Source: an uncultured Chloroflexia bacterium
GTDB taxonomy: Bacteria; Chloroflexota; Limnocylindria; Limnocylindrales; CSP1-4
Length of the DNA stretch: 64,000 nucleotides
Assembly (NCBI GenBank): GCA_963748625.1
Contig: CAVVJT010000007.1
Span: 480,001 to 544,000 of the forward strand
Direction: 5' to 3'
The position numbers and the translations under genes were made by a program. The first letter of the stretch is position 1. Each line of letters begins with the position of its first letter. Below the pieces are notes generated by a model that saw nothing but the letters and a program-made list of their open reading frames with translations, was not told where the DNA came from and made no database searches. Below are positions 34,013-45,031 of this stretch, piece by piece.

Positions 34013-34819
34013 TCAGTCGAGGGCGGCGTGGAGCTCCGGCGCGTGGCGCTTGAGCCAGCGACGCGCGTCGCGGTGGCGGGGGGCCTGCTGGTCCATCAAG
34101 GCCCAGAACCGCTCGCCGTGGCCGAAGACGACCAGGTGGCAGACCTCGTGGGCGGCGACGGCGTCGAGCCCATCGGGTGGAGCGAGAACCAGGCGCCACG
34201 AGAACGACAGGCCGCCTGACCTGGAGCAGCTGCCCCAGCGGCTGGTCGTGTCGCGGATGGTGATGCGCGTGGGCGTCACACCGAGGCCGCGCGCATGCCC
34301 GGCGACCGCGGTCTCCAGCAGGGCGCGGGCGCGAGCGCGGAACCAGGCCTCCAGGATCTGCGCGGTGGGGCGCACGTCGCGGGCGGTCCGCTCCACCAGG
34401 AGCTCGTCCCCCTCGTCGCCGCCGATCCTGACGACACGACTGGCCCGGGTGCCGCTCGGTGCCGTGACCACGCGCACCCGGTGAGGCTCGCCGCGGAACA
34501 GGATCACGCGTCCGTCGTCGAGGGCCAGCCGCTCGTCCAGGCGGTCCCGGGCCGATGCATGGCGGCTGACGTGCCCCCGGATCCAGGCCTCCCGCTCCGC
34601 GAGGAACGAGGTCACCAGGCGCTCCGACGCGAGCCGCTCCCCGCGCGCGTCCACCGGGACGGTGACGATGACGCCGCGCTCCGGGTGCACGGTCACGCGC
34701 AGGCGGCGCGCACGGGACGAGCGCCGCAGCACGTAGCGGAGATCGCCGCCGGGAAGGCGGACGGTGGCGTCGGACTCGACCGCCGTGGGTCTGGGGCGCG
34801 TGCCCGGCAGGCGCACCAT
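34013..34819 (-). CDS. M48/YgjP-like (DUF45) zinc metalloprotein
   Basis: RRSSRARRLRVTV, SRWGSCS, SWRLVLAP, AHEVCHL, HGERFW. Confidence 0.9.
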   Translation of the reverse strand: MVRLPGTRPRPTAVESDATVRLPGGDLRYVLRRSSRARRLRVTVHPERGVIVTVPVDARGERLASERLVTSFLAEREAWIRGHVSRHASARDRLDERLALDDGRVILFRGEPHRVRVVTAPSGTRASRVVRIGGDEGDELLVERTARDVRPTAQILEAWFRARARALLETAVAGHARGLGVTPTRITIRDTTSRWGSCSRSGGLSFSWRLVLAPPDGLDAVAAHEVCHLVVFGHGERFWALMDQQAPRHRDARRWLKRHAPELHAALD

Positions 34820-34826
34820 CCGCGAC

Positions 34827-35387
34827 CTACTCGCCGCGCCGGAGGAGACGGCCGGCCCGCACCCCGGTCTCCTGGCCATCCCGAACGGCGAGCCGGCCGT
34901 TCACGATCACGTCGCGGATTCCGGCGGGGTACACGGCCGGCACCTCCCACGTGGGCAGGTGCGCGGAATTGATGCCCAGCGCCTGCTCCTCGACGGTGGC
35001 GAGGTAGCCCGCGAAGGTGGACCACCCGGGCTCGATCCCGTGCGCTTCAAGGTCGGCCTGAAGCTGCAGCCTCGACAGGTGCGTGAGCGGCGCGAACGTG
35101 TAGCCACAGTTGCCGTCGAGCTGGGTGGTATAGCCCTGGCGCAGGTGGCTCCACTGGGCCCCGTCCACCAGCACGGACAGGTCGGAATGGGCGTGCGGAT
35201 CCACGAAGCCGGGGGCGACGACCAGGCCGGTGGCATCACGCATCTCGCCGACCGAGGCCGGGTCCACGGCCGAGAGGTCGCCCACGGCGGTGATCCGGTC
35301 GCCCTCGATGCCGACGTCAGAGGGACGACCTGGAGCACCGCTGCCATCAACGAGGAGGCCGCCGCGGAGCACGAGATCGAAGGCCAT
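34827..35387 (-). pseudogene. D-aminoacylase-like amidohydrolase with a large in-frame internal deletion
   Basis: N-terminus (DLVLRGG..DGSG, APGFVDPHAHSD, GNCG) joined directly to the C-terminal TWEVPAVYPAGIRDVIVNG...GRLLR; only 186 aa. Confidence 0.7.
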
Positions 35388-35450
35388 GGGCGGGATCGTA
35401 CCGGCCGGGCGCCGAGGCGCGCGGGCGGACGGCCCGCACAGCGCGGTGGC

Positions 35451-37277
35451 TCAGGCCTCCGCGATCACCCCGAGCGAGAGGCGGAACCCGGCCCGCCGCT
35501 GGAGCGCGGGCAGGAACGTCCCCTGGCCCACGGGCATGTCGCCCGGGAACCACTTGACCCACTCCTCGTTGAAGGCGTCGAAGTCCCCCGGGTCGCGCAG
35601 CGCCCAGTTGACCCAGACCACCTTCTCCAGCGAGGAGCCCGCCTCCTCGAGGCGCAGCTTGAGGTTCTCGAGCGCCTTGCCTGCCTGCGACTTCATGCTC
35701 TCGCCGGCAAGCCTGCCGGTCTCGAGATCGATCGGGCCGACCGACGTCACGTAGACCATGCCGCCCGCAACGACCGTCCGACCGCGCCCCAGGCGGGTGG
35801 CGACCTCGTCGGGGCCCTCGGATGCAGCCAGGCCGCCCCAGCGGCTCTTGAGGCCGCGCACGCGTCGCTGCTTGGTGGGATCAGCGGGTGGGATGCCGAA
35901 CTCGCCCGGTGGCAGCTCCACGCCCGCGCGCTTGAACTGCTCCATGAACAGCGGGCGGACGCCGGTCGGGACCAGGTCGCCCTGGGTCACGCCGTCGACG
36001 ACGCCGGTCTGCTGGTAGGCGAAGATGTCCTGCATCAGGATCTCGTCGTCCTCGATCCCGTAGATCTCGGTGATGTTGGTCACCTTGCGCGTGCCGTCCT
36101 TGAGGCGCGCGGTGTGGACGACGAGGTCCACGGCGGAGGCGATCTGCTCCCGGATCGCCCGGAGCGGCAGCTCGTACCCGGTCATGAGGACCATGGTCTC
36201 GAGACGGCGGAGCATGTCAGCCGGGCTGTTCGCGTGACCGGTGGACAGCGAGCCGTCGTGGCCCGAGGTCATGGCCTGGAGCATGTCGAGCGCCTCGCCG
36301 CCACGGCACTCGCCCACGATGACGCGGTCCGGGCGCATGTGCATGGCGTTGCGCAGGAGGTGGCGGATCGTGATCTCGCCCAGGCCCTCGAGGTTGGCCG
36401 GCCGGCTTTCGAGCGTGATGACGTGCTCCTGGCGGAGCTGCAGCTCGGCGGCGTCCTCGATCGTGACGATCCGCTCCTCCTCGGGGATGAACGAGGAGAG
36501 CACGTTGAGGGTGGTCGTCTTGCCCGAGCCGGTGCCGCCGGAGACGAACAGGTTCAACCTGGCCTCCACGCAGGCCCGGAGGAAGGCGAACATCTCGGGG
36601 GAGGCCGTGCCGAACCGGACGAGGTCGTCCACGGTGAACGGGTTGGTCGCGAACTTGCGGATGGTGATGACCGGGCCGTTCAGCGACAGCGGCGGGATGA
36701 TCGCGTTGACGCGCGAGCCGTCCGGGAGGCGGGCGTCCACACGAGGGCTGGATTCGTCGATGCGCCGGCCGAGCGGGGTGATGATCCGGTCGATGATGCG
36801 CATGAGGTGCTCGTCGTCGAGGAAGTGGCTCTCGACCCGGATGATCTTGCCCTTGCGCTCGATGTAGAGGTGCTCAGGGCCGTTCGCCATCACCTCGGTG
36901 ACGGACTCGTCCTTGAGGTAGGGCTCGAGCGGGCCGAAGCCGACGACCTCGTCCACGAGCTCCTGCACCAGGCCGAGTCGCTCGTCGCGGGTGACAGCGA
37001 ACCCGTGTGCGGCCGTCATCCGGTCCGCGATCTCGGTCACCTTGGCCTGGATCTGGGCGGGCGGCACGTCGGCGAGCTCGCTGAAAGCGCGCACGACCTC
37101 GTCCTGGAGGAGGCGGCGCAGGCTGAGAAGCAGCTGGTGGCGCGCGGAGTTCCTGTCGATCGCGCTCGCGTCCCAGACGACCGGCAGCAGGGCCGCAGGG
37201 TCAGCGGTGGGCTTCGCGGGCTTGGCCGGCTGGCCGTCCCCGCCCTTCGAGCGCTCCACGCGCTCAAACAACGTCAT
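35451..37277 (-). CDS. CpaF/TadA pilus-assembly ATPase fused to a C-terminal RidA/YjgF-like domain
   Basis: VDARLPDGSRVN, GGTGSGKTT, IEDAAEL, RPDRVIVGECRG, SGHDGSLSTGHAN; then VAGGMVYVTS...QAGKALENL...AGSSLEKVV...FDAFNEEWVKWF; RBS aggag. Confidence 0.9.
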   Translation of the reverse strand: MTLFERVERSKGGDGQPAKPAKPTADPAALLPVVWDASAIDRNSARHQLLLSLRRLLQDEVVRAFSELADVPPAQIQAKVTEIADRMTAAHGFAVTRDERLGLVQELVDEVVGFGPLEPYLKDESVTEVMANGPEHLYIERKGKIIRVESHFLDDEHLMRIIDRIITPLGRRIDESSPRVDARLPDGSRVNAIIPPLSLNGPVITIRKFATNPFTVDDLVRFGTASPEMFAFLRACVEARLNLFVSGGTGSGKTTTLNVLSSFIPEEERIVTIEDAAELQLRQEHVITLESRPANLEGLGEITIRHLLRNAMHMRPDRVIVGECRGGEALDMLQAMTSGHDGSLSTGHANSPADMLRRLETMVLMTGYELPLRAIREQIASAVDLVVHTARLKDGTRKVTNITEIYGIEDDEILMQDIFAYQQTGVVDGVTQGDLVPTGVRPLFMEQFKRAGVELPPGEFGIPPADPTKQRRVRGLKSRWGGLAASEGPDEVATRLGRGRTVVAGGMVYVTSVGPIDLETGRLAGESMKSQAGKALENLKLRLEEAGSSLEKVVWVNWALRDPGDFDAFNEEWVKWFPGDMPVGQGTFLPALQRRAGFRLSLGVIAEA

Positions 37278-37555
37278 GCGACTCTCCTGGTCGCCGCCCC
37301 CGGGAAGACGGCTCCGATCGAACTCCCGGCGCCCCGCGGCCGGGACCACCCGATCGGAAGTGGCAGCATAGTCCGATCGGGCCAGCGCTGGGTGCGCGGG
37401 CGCACCGCGATGTGTGGCGATGCGGGATCGCTGCTCCGCGCCGCGCTCCCTGCAACGAAGATGGCCAGGACCCGAGTCACCCGAATCAACCTGCCCGTGC
37501 ATCTACCCTTCGAGGCAGGCGCCCAACGCCGCCGACCTGAGGGGATACGAGCCCG

Positions 37556-38077
37556 ATGACGATCGAAGCCCTGCGTGGCCACCGGCCAGAGGTCCTCGCG
37601 GATCTGCTGGAGCGGTATGGCCGCGAGATCCAGGGTGTGGCGTACCTGGTTCTCCGGGACCGGGCTGCGGCGGAGGACGTGGTGGTGGACACCCTGCTGA
37701 CCGCGCTGGAGCGCGGCGACCAGCTCCGGGACCCGGACCGGCTGCGGCCCTGGCTGCTCAAGATCGCGACCAACAAGTCGCTCGGCGTCCGGCGCACGAG
37801 CGGGCGCGTCGTCCAGCTCCACGTCGTGCCCGACCGGGCGGCGCCCCGGCGCGACGAGGACGAGCGGCTTGCGCTGCTCGGCTGCGTGGACCGGCTGGCC
37901 CCACGCACCCGTGCTGCCGTGGTACTCCGCTACTACGCTGACATGTCAGTACGTGACGTCGCGGAGGCGCTCGGCACCAGCGAGAACACGGTGAAGACCC
38001 AGCTGCGTGAAGCGCTCGCGCAGATGCGCCAGAGCCTGGGCACGGACGGCGCGATGCGGGAGGCCTCCCATGGCTGA
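37556..38077 (+). CDS. ECF sigma factor
   Basis: AAEDVVVDT, LRPWLLKIATN, RAAVVLRYYADMSVRDVAEALGTSENTVKTQLREA. Confidence 0.93.
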   Translation: MTIEALRGHRPEVLADLLERYGREIQGVAYLVLRDRAAAEDVVVDTLLTALERGDQLRDPDRLRPWLLKIATNKSLGVRRTSGRVVQLHVVPDRAAPRRDEDERLALLGCVDRLAPRTRAAVVLRYYADMSVRDVAEALGTSENTVKTQLREALAQMRQSLGTDGAMREASHG

Positions 38078-39855
38078 CGAGCTGGATCCTCGGACGGAGG
38101 CCCGCCTGCGTGACACGCTCCGCCACGAGGCGGAGACGCTCCCCTTCACGCTCACGCTGGCCAATGTGGAGGCCGCCCGTCGCGCCCGGCGCTCACCGAT
38201 GGCCCGCCTTCGGGTGCCGGTCGCCTTGCTGGCGTCCGCCGCGGCCGTCGTCATCGTCGTCGGTGGTCTCGTCTCCTGGCGTGGCGCCGTCCTGCCGCCC
38301 GGCGGCACGGAGTCGGCCTCGCCGAACCCGCTGGCCTCCGAGCTCAAGTCGTACGAGGAGCTCGCGGCCGGGATCGGGATCATCAACGGGAAGGTCATCG
38401 GGCAGGGCGAAGAGCTGGAGGGTGCACCCGACGCCGGCGAGGTCGTCATCGGCACCATCGCGGCCAACAGCTACCTCGACTATGTCGTGGACTGCAGGGG
38501 TGGCCTGATCCAGGTCGGCGTGCGGCTTGGCGACACGCCTGGCGGCTCCGTGGGCACCCACTGCGATGACGCGGTGACGACGACATTCAACACCCCCGGG
38601 TTCGACGTGGACGGAGCCGTTGTCTGGGTGAAGGCCGACCCGGGCACCGTGTGGCGCATGGTCGTCGCCGGGCTGCCTGATGGCGAGCCCTCTGGACCGC
38701 CTGTCGAGCCGTCGTTCCCGGCCGGGCTGGCGCCCTACGAGGAGCTCGCCGCCGTCGCGCTGAGCACCCGGGAGGTTGCCCGCGCGGAAGGCAGCGCGGA
38801 GCCATCCGACGCCGTCGTCGAGATCGCACGCCTCGGCGACCTCTGGAACCTCGAGATCGCACTGGCATGCACGGGGCCGGGACCCATCGAGATCAGGGCG
38901 ACCGGGACCTCGGACGACGAGTCCGGCTCCACGTTCGGCTGCGGCAGCCGGGCTGGCTCGACGCTGGTGACCGCACTCGACACGGCTGCTGAACGCGCAC
39001 CGGATGCCGCGCTTGTCGCCAGGGTGCCGGCGGGGACGGCCTGGCGGACGATCGTCTTCGACCACTTGGCGGACGTGCGCCCGATCCCCAAGGCACCCGC
39101 GGAGGCCTTCCCGATGACCGATGTCGGGGCGTTCGGCGGTCTCGTGCTCCGAGACGACAACCCCACGTTGATGAGCACGACGCCCCTGATGCCCGACGGC
39201 GCCACGATCGAGGTGGCGATGGGCTGCAGCGGGGATCCGTCGAGCCTCGTGCACCTCGTGGTCGACGGGGTCGCAACGGACCTCGCGTGCCATGAGAGCA
39301 GCGTCTGGCACACGGTGCCCGACGGCGATGGCACGTCGGAGCTGCAGGTGTCGTCCGATGGCACCGTCTGGGTCGACATCGCCCTGCGCGCGTTCACCCA
39401 GGATCAGGCGGGGGCGAAGGTGGTCGTGCCGAGCGCCACGCTGGCATCCGCCGACGGGACATCGTCGGCGCCGGGGTTCACCACGTGCCTCAACTCGTTC
39501 GAGATCCCGGGGGGCGCATCGGCCGACGAGAGCTGTGTGCCGACGCCGTATGTCATCCCGGAGGAGCGCGCAGTCCGCGTGCGCGCCGGCGACTTCCTAG
39601 AGCTGCTGGGCGACAGCGACTGGGCGATCACCGATGCCACGCTCACCTACGTCTCCGTCGTCGGCGGCGGGTAACGCGACACCCGGCGAACCCGCGGGCC
39701 ATCCCGATCCTGACGGGCCTGGCGTCGAAGGCGGGTTCTCGATTGCACCGCTGCCCGCAGGCGACTGGACGCTGCGAATCGAGATCTCCGGAAGGCTCGG
39801 GGACGGCACCACGTTCACCGCGCAGCAGCTCTTCCGGGTCATCGTGGAGCCCTGA
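38070..39855 (+). CDS. Putative membrane-anchored anti-sigma factor with repeated extracytoplasmic domains; apparent +1 frameshift near 39671
   Basis: Overlaps the ECF stop; single TM; repeated YEELAA...C...C...GTxWR modules; reading continues in ORF 39634-39855. Confidence 0.7.
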
Positions 39856-40052
39856 CCCGGCCCGGAGTCGCCAGCGGGGAGTCCGTACGAGCGCTGTACA
39901 CGGAACCCCGGGTTGCGTGCACGGTCCCCGCACGACGACCGCCATCCTGACCCCGGGTGGAGTCGGAGGACTGGCATTGCCTCGTCGCCGGGCGCCCGCA
40001 AGCAATGGGGGTCGCGCACCGCAGATCCTGCGCTATACTCGCGCTCCGGCGT

Positions 40053-40128
40053 GGGGCTATAGCTCAGCTGGGAGAGCGTCTGAATGGCATTCAGAAGGTC
40101 AAGGGTTCGAATCCCTTTAGCTCCACCA
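40053..40128 (+). tRNA. tRNA-Ala(GGC)
   Basis: GGGGCTATAGCTCAGCTGGGAGAGC, ctgaa-tGGCa-ttcag, GTTCGAATC, encoded CCA; TATACT at 40034-40039. Confidence 0.97.
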
Positions 40129-40153
40129 ACACCCCGCTAACGCCGACAACCTG

Positions 40154-40185
40154 ACCCCTCGCCGGGACCGGCGGGGGGTTTTGTT
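40154..40185 (+). terminator. Intrinsic terminator after the tRNA
   Basis: acccctcgccgg-ga-ccggcggggggt followed by a T-tract. Confidence 0.8.
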
Positions 40186-40209
40186 ATCCACCCCAGGGGA
40201 CGTGCGACC

Positions 40210-42774
40210 GTGACCGAGATCGAGGACACCGCCCAGGACATCGACGGCGTCGCCCACGAGGGTCGCGTCCGGTTCGACCATGCCGCCATCGAGCCCAAGT
40301 GGCAGGCGCGCTGGGCGGACCTCCGCCTCTACGACACCGACCTCGACGATCGCAGCAGGCCCAAGTACTACCTGCTCACGATGTACCCGTATCCGTCAGG
40401 TGCCCTGCACATCGGCCACTGGTACATCAAGTCGCCCACGGATGCGATCGCCCGCTACAAGCGGATGCACGGCTACAACGTGTTCCTGCCGATCGGCTTC
40501 GACGGGTTCGGCCTGCCGGCCGAGAACGCCGCGATCAAGAACCGGATGAACCCGCGCGACTGGACGATGGCCAACATCGAGAAGATGCGCGGCCAGCTGC
40601 GCTCGATGGGCGCCACGTTCGCGTGGGACGCCGAGGTCGTGACCTGCGATCCCTCGTACTACCGCTGGAACCAGTGGATGTTCATCCAGTTCCTCGAGAA
40701 GGGGCTCGCCTATCGCGCGGTATCGCCCGTCGACTGGTGCCCCAACGACGGGACGCTCGCCCGGGAGCAGGTCGAGGGGACCGACCGCCACTGCTGGCGC
40801 TGCGGCGCGAAGGTGGAGAAGCGCGAGCTCGCCCAGTGGTACCTGGGCATCACCGAGTACGCGGACGAGCTGCTCGACTTCACCGGGCTCGACTGGCCCG
40901 AGCCGATCAAGGCGATGCAGACCAACTGGATCGGCCGCTCGTCGGGGGCTGAGGTGGCCTTCACCGCGGCTGAGATGCCGCACCACCCGGGTGGCGAGGC
41001 GATCCACGTCTTCACCACCCGCCCCGACACGCTGTTCGGCGCCACCTTCATGGTCCTGGCACCCGAGCACGAGCTCGTGGCGGTCCTGACCGCGCCCGCC
41101 AAGCAGGCGGAGGTCGAGGCCTACGTGAAGGCCGCCGCCGACAAGACCGAGATCGACCGCCTCTCGACGGACCGCGAGAAGACCGGTGTGGCCATCGGCG
41201 CCGACGCGATCAACCCGGTCAACGGCGAGCGCATCCCGATCTTCGTCGCGGACTACGTCCTGGGCGGCTACGGCACGGGCGCGATCATGGCCGTCCCCGG
41301 TCACGACGAGCGCGACTTCGCCTTCGCCCAGAAGTTCGGCCTGCCGATCGTCAAGGTCGTCATGCCCAAGCACGGCGACCCGGACGAGATCCTCCAGTCC
41401 GCCTTCACCGAGCACACCGTCGACGAGATCATGGTCAACTCGGGCAGGTTCGACGGCCGGCCGGCGTCCGAGGCCTGGCACGAGATCGTCAAGTGGCTCG
41501 AGGACGACGGCAAGGGCGCGCAGGCGGTCACCTACCGCATCCGCGACTGGCTGATCAGCCGCCAGCGCTACTGGGGCACGCCGATCCCGATCATCCACTG
41601 CGAGGACTGCGGCCCGGTGCCGGTCCCCGAGGCCGACCTGCCGGTCCTGCTGCCCGAGTCCGTGGACTACCGCGGCTCCGGCGACAACCCGCTCACGCGC
41701 GACGAGGCATTCCTTGCCGCGGACTGCCCGCGGTGCGGCAAGGCCGCCCGGCGCGAGACGGACACGATGGACACCTTCATCGACTCGTCCTGGTACTGGT
41801 TCCGCTACCTGACGCCGCACTTCACCGACGCCCCGGTGGACGTGGACGTGGTCAAGGACTGGACGCCGGTGGACCAGTACACGGGCGGCGCCGAGCACGC
41901 GGTGATGCACCTGCTGTACAGCCGGTTCTTCACCAAGGCCATGCGTGATCTCGGCCTGGTCCACGAGAACGAGCCCTTCCGCCGCCTCTTCAACCAGGGC
42001 CAGATCCTGGGCGCCGACGGCGAGCGCATGTCCAAGTCCCGCGGCAACGTCCAGGACCCTGACGAGCTGGTCGCCAGGTACGGCGCCGACACCGTCCGCC
42101 TGTTCCTCATGTTCATGGGCCCCTGGGACCAGGGCGGCCCGTGGAGCCCCACCGGGATCGGCGGGGTCAGCAGGTTCCTGCATCGCGTCTGGGCGATCGC
42201 GACCGACCCGCACGGCGGCGACGCCGGCGGTGCGGCGCCGGCCGGAGAGGCGGAGCACGAGGCGCGCGATCGGATGCGGTCAGCCGCCCACAAGACGCTC
42301 GCGGCGGTCACCGAGGACTACGAAGGCTTCCGCTGGAACACGATGGTGGCGAAGCTCATGGAGCTGAGCAACCTGCTGTTCAAGTACCGCGGGACGTCCG
42401 TGGCCGGCCTGCCCGAGTGGGACGAGGCCGTGCGCCTGCTGCTCCTGATGCTGGCGCCCGCCGCGCCGCACATCACCGAGGAGCTCTGGGCGCGGCGCCT
42501 GGAGGCCGCAGGTCACGAGTGGTCCTCGATCCACACGGAGCGCTGGCCCGTGGTGGACGAGGCTGCGACCGTGGATGCGACCCGCGAGGTGCCCATCCAG
42601 GTGAACGGCAAGCTGCGGGACAGGATCACGGTTGACGCCGGGATCTCCGAGATCGAGCTGGAGCAGATCGTCATGAGCCGGGACAAGGTGCTGGCGGCGA
42701 TCGGCGAGAAGCAGGTCGCGAAGATCATCTACGCCGGCGGAGGCAAGCTGGTGAACGTCGTCCTGCGGGGGTAG
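40210..42774 (+). CDS. leuS: Leucine--tRNA ligase
   Basis: [54 protein letters not shown]. Confidence 0.98.
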   Translation: MTEIEDTAQDIDGVAHEGRVRFDHAAIEPKWQARWADLRLYDTDLDDRSRPKYYLLTMYPYPSGALHIGHWYIKSPTDAIARYKRMHGYNVFLPIGFDGFGLPAENAAIKNRMNPRDWTMANIEKMRGQLRSMGATFAWDAEVVTCDPSYYRWNQWMFIQFLEKGLAYRAVSPVDWCPNDGTLAREQVEGTDRHCWRCGAKVEKRELAQWYLGITEYADELLDFTGLDWPEPIKAMQTNWIGRSSGAEVAFTAAEMPHHPGGEAIHVFTTRPDTLFGATFMVLAPEHELVAVLTAPAKQAEVEAYVKAAADKTEIDRLSTDREKTGVAIGADAINPVNGERIPIFVADYVLGGYGTGAIMAVPGHDERDFAFAQKFGLPIVKVVMPKHGDPDEILQSAFTEHTVDEIMVNSGRFDGRPASEAWHEIVKWLEDDGKGAQAVTYRIRDWLISRQRYWGTPIPIIHCEDCGPVPVPEADLPVLLPESVDYRGSGDNPLTRDEAFLAADCPRCGKAARRETDTMDTFIDSSWYWFRYLTPHFTDAPVDVDVVKDWTPVDQYTGGAEHAVMHLLYSRFFTKAMRDLGLVHENEPFRRLFNQGQILGADGERMSKSRGNVQDPDELVARYGADTVRLFLMFMGPWDQGGPWSPTGIGGVSRFLHRVWAIATDPHGGDAGGAAPAGEAEHEARDRMRSAAHKTLAAVTEDYEGFRWNTMVAKLMELSNLLFKYRGTSVAGLPEWDEAVRLLLLMLAPAAPHITEELWARRLEAAGHEWSSIHTERWPVVDEAATVDATREVPIQVNGKLRDRITVDAGISEIELEQIVMSRDKVLAAIGEKQVAKIIYAGGGKLVNVVLRG

Positions 42775-42843
42775 GTCGCTCTCGCGCCGACGGCTCGGCG
42801 GGCCGCTCTCGCGCCTCCGCGCCCTGCCGTGGACTGCGCTGGA

Positions 42844-42973
42844 GTCAACGAAATCCCGCAAACCCGGCCGATTTGGGCCCGGATGCGCGGGGCCGTTGCC
42901 TGTCACACGGCACGCGCCCGGAAACAGCCTGTGAAGGGGCCCTCTGACGCCCCTGGAGCGGGCTTTCGTTGAC
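42844..42973. repeat. 130-nt element bounded by a near-perfect 16-bp inverted repeat
   Basis: gtcaacgaaatcccgc / gcgggctttcgttgac (one mismatch). Confidence 0.65.
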
Positions 42974-43045
42974 ATGCAGGCCACACCCGCTTCGGCGGTA
43001 CCCTCGCAGCAGGTCGAAACCGTCACCCGAACCAGGAGGTCACCC

Positions 43046-43984
43046 ATGGGCCAGGTCAAGATCGGAGCCCTGTGCTGGAACCAGTTCACCGACTGGCCGT
43101 CCCTCCTCGCGGCCGGTGTCCGCGCCGATGAGCTGGGCTACGACTCCCTGTGGACGTGGGATCACGTGTATCCCATCATCGGCGACTCCACCGGGCCCAT
43201 CTTCGAGGGCTGGCTGACGATCACCGCCTGGGCCCAGGCGACCAAGCGGGTCCGGATCGGCCTCATGGTCGGCGCCAACACCTTCCGCAACCCGGCGCTC
43301 ACGGCCAAGATGGCGACCACGCTCGACCACATCAGCGGCGGGCGCGCGATCCTGGGCATTGGCGGGGCGTGGTTCGAGGAGGAGCACGAGGACTTCGGCA
43401 TGGAGTTCGGCTCCGGGTTCCCGGAGCGCCTGCGCTGGCTGGGCGAGGCCCTGCCGATCATGCGCGGCATGCTCGATGGAACGGAGCCGGTGGCCGCGGG
43501 CCCGCACTATGTCTCGAAGGACACCCGCAACCTGCCGCCGCCCGTCCAGGCCCACCTGCCGATCTGCATCGGCGGCGGCGGCGAGCAGGTGACGCTCAAG
43601 CTGGTCGCCAAGTACGGCGACATGAACAACATTGGCGGCAGCATCGAGGAGATGGCGCGCAAGGAGGAGGCGCTCCTGCGTCACTGTGAGTCCGTCGGCC
43701 GCGACCCGTCCGAGATCGAGCGCACGACCGGCGCGGGCACCGTCTTCATCCGTGACGACCCGGCCGAGGCGCAGCGCCTGTTCCGCGAGGCATTCGAGCG
43801 CAATCGCATCCCCAAGGCCTGGGAGGACCAGCCCGTCGGGACGCCCGAGCAGGTGGCCGAGAAGCTGGCCCCGAAGATCGCGATGGGCTACCGGCACCTG
43901 ATCGCCGGGATCCCCGCCACCTACGACGAGGAGTCGATGACCCGGCTCATCACCGAGGTGAAGCCGCTCCTCGAGCAGATCTAG
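43046..43984 (+). CDS. Luciferase-like (LLM-class, possibly F420-dependent) oxidoreductase
   Basis: GYDSLWTWDH, FRNPALTAKMATTLDHISGGR, IGGGGE; RBS aggagg. Confidence 0.92.
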   Translation: MGQVKIGALCWNQFTDWPSLLAAGVRADELGYDSLWTWDHVYPIIGDSTGPIFEGWLTITAWAQATKRVRIGLMVGANTFRNPALTAKMATTLDHISGGRAILGIGGAWFEEEHEDFGMEFGSGFPERLRWLGEALPIMRGMLDGTEPVAAGPHYVSKDTRNLPPPVQAHLPICIGGGGEQVTLKLVAKYGDMNNIGGSIEEMARKEEALLRHCESVGRDPSEIERTTGAGTVFIRDDPAEAQRLFREAFERNRIPKAWEDQPVGTPEQVAEKLAPKIAMGYRHLIAGIPATYDEESMTRLITEVKPLLEQI

Positions 43985-44002
43985 GTTCCGGCCGGGCGGC
44001 GG

Positions 44003-44854
44003 TCAGATCCCGGCACCCGCATCGTCGGGCAGGTCGTGCGGGGCAGGTTCGGGCAGGTCGTGCGGGGCCGACGCAGGGCCCGGGTCGGCCTCGATTGGGA
44101 GTGTCTCCTCGGGACCTGTCTGGTCGGCGGCACGACCTGAGCTCAACCGCTTCGGCAGCTTCGGCCTCGGGAGCGAGGGCCGTCCGGGCATCGACGGCCG
44201 TGACGGCTTCGGGAGGCGGTCCGCAGCGCCTTTCGCAGCGGGGATGATCCGCACCTTGACGCTCGCGCCGGCCGCCGACGCCCTGGCCGCTGCCGATGCT
44301 GCTGCCAACGCCGCTGAGCCTGCGGCCGCCGTGGCCGTCGAGGCAGCTGATGCCGCCCCAGGCAGCCTGGTTCCAGCGGCTCCGCCAGCCGCCTTTCCAG
44401 TCCGCAACGCGGCCTTCGAGCCCGCCACGGCTGCGTTGGAGCCCTTGACCGCGGCCCTGCCCCCGGCCCGGGCGACCTTCGCCGTCGTTCGCCCACCAGC
44501 CCGGACGACCCAGGCTGAGAGCACCCCAAGCGTCTTGAGGTCCTCGACGATGAGGTCGTCACCCAGCCCGACGGCCTCGAGATGGGCGCGCCGTCGTTCG
44601 GGCGATAGGCCCGCGAGCGCGAACTTGACCGCCGCGATGGCGATGGCGATGTCGTCGAGCTGGCCCAGGACCGGGATGATCCCCGGCACGAGGTCCACCG
44701 GTGAGACGAGATAGCCCGCCGCACCGATGATCGCGGCGCGCCGGGCCTTGCTGAGCGCGGGATCCTTGGCGAGCCCGAGGGCGAGACGCAGGTAGGCCGG
44801 GACGCGCCGCATCAGCTCGGAGGCGCGGTCTTTCGGGAACGGGTCGATGGCCAT
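44003..44854 (-). CDS. YkvA/DUF1232 family protein with an Ala/Pro-rich tail
   Basis: YLVSPVDLVPGIIPVLGQLDD. Confidence 0.88.
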   Translation of the reverse strand: MAIDPFPKDRASELMRRVPAYLRLALGLAKDPALSKARRAAIIGAAGYLVSPVDLVPGIIPVLGQLDDIAIAIAAVKFALAGLSPERRRAHLEAVGLGDDLIVEDLKTLGVLSAWVVRAGGRTTAKVARAGGRAAVKGSNAAVAGSKAALRTGKAAGGAAGTRLPGAASAASTATAAAGSAALAAASAAARASAAGASVKVRIIPAAKGAADRLPKPSRPSMPGRPSLPRPKLPKRLSSGRAADQTGPEETLPIEADPGPASAPHDLPEPAPHDLPDDAGAGI

Positions 44855-45031
44855 GCCCCGATCGTAGTCCGGGACGCCAGATCGCGCCGTTTCGCAACCT
44901 TCGCATAAGTCCGCGATAAGTGGCGACCCCTAGGCTCCACGTCGGAGCCGCACCTCGAAGGCCGTGCCCCCATCGAGGAGCGGTTCCAGCAACCATCGCC
45001 CGCCGCCGGTCCCGCCGGGGAGTCCTCATCC

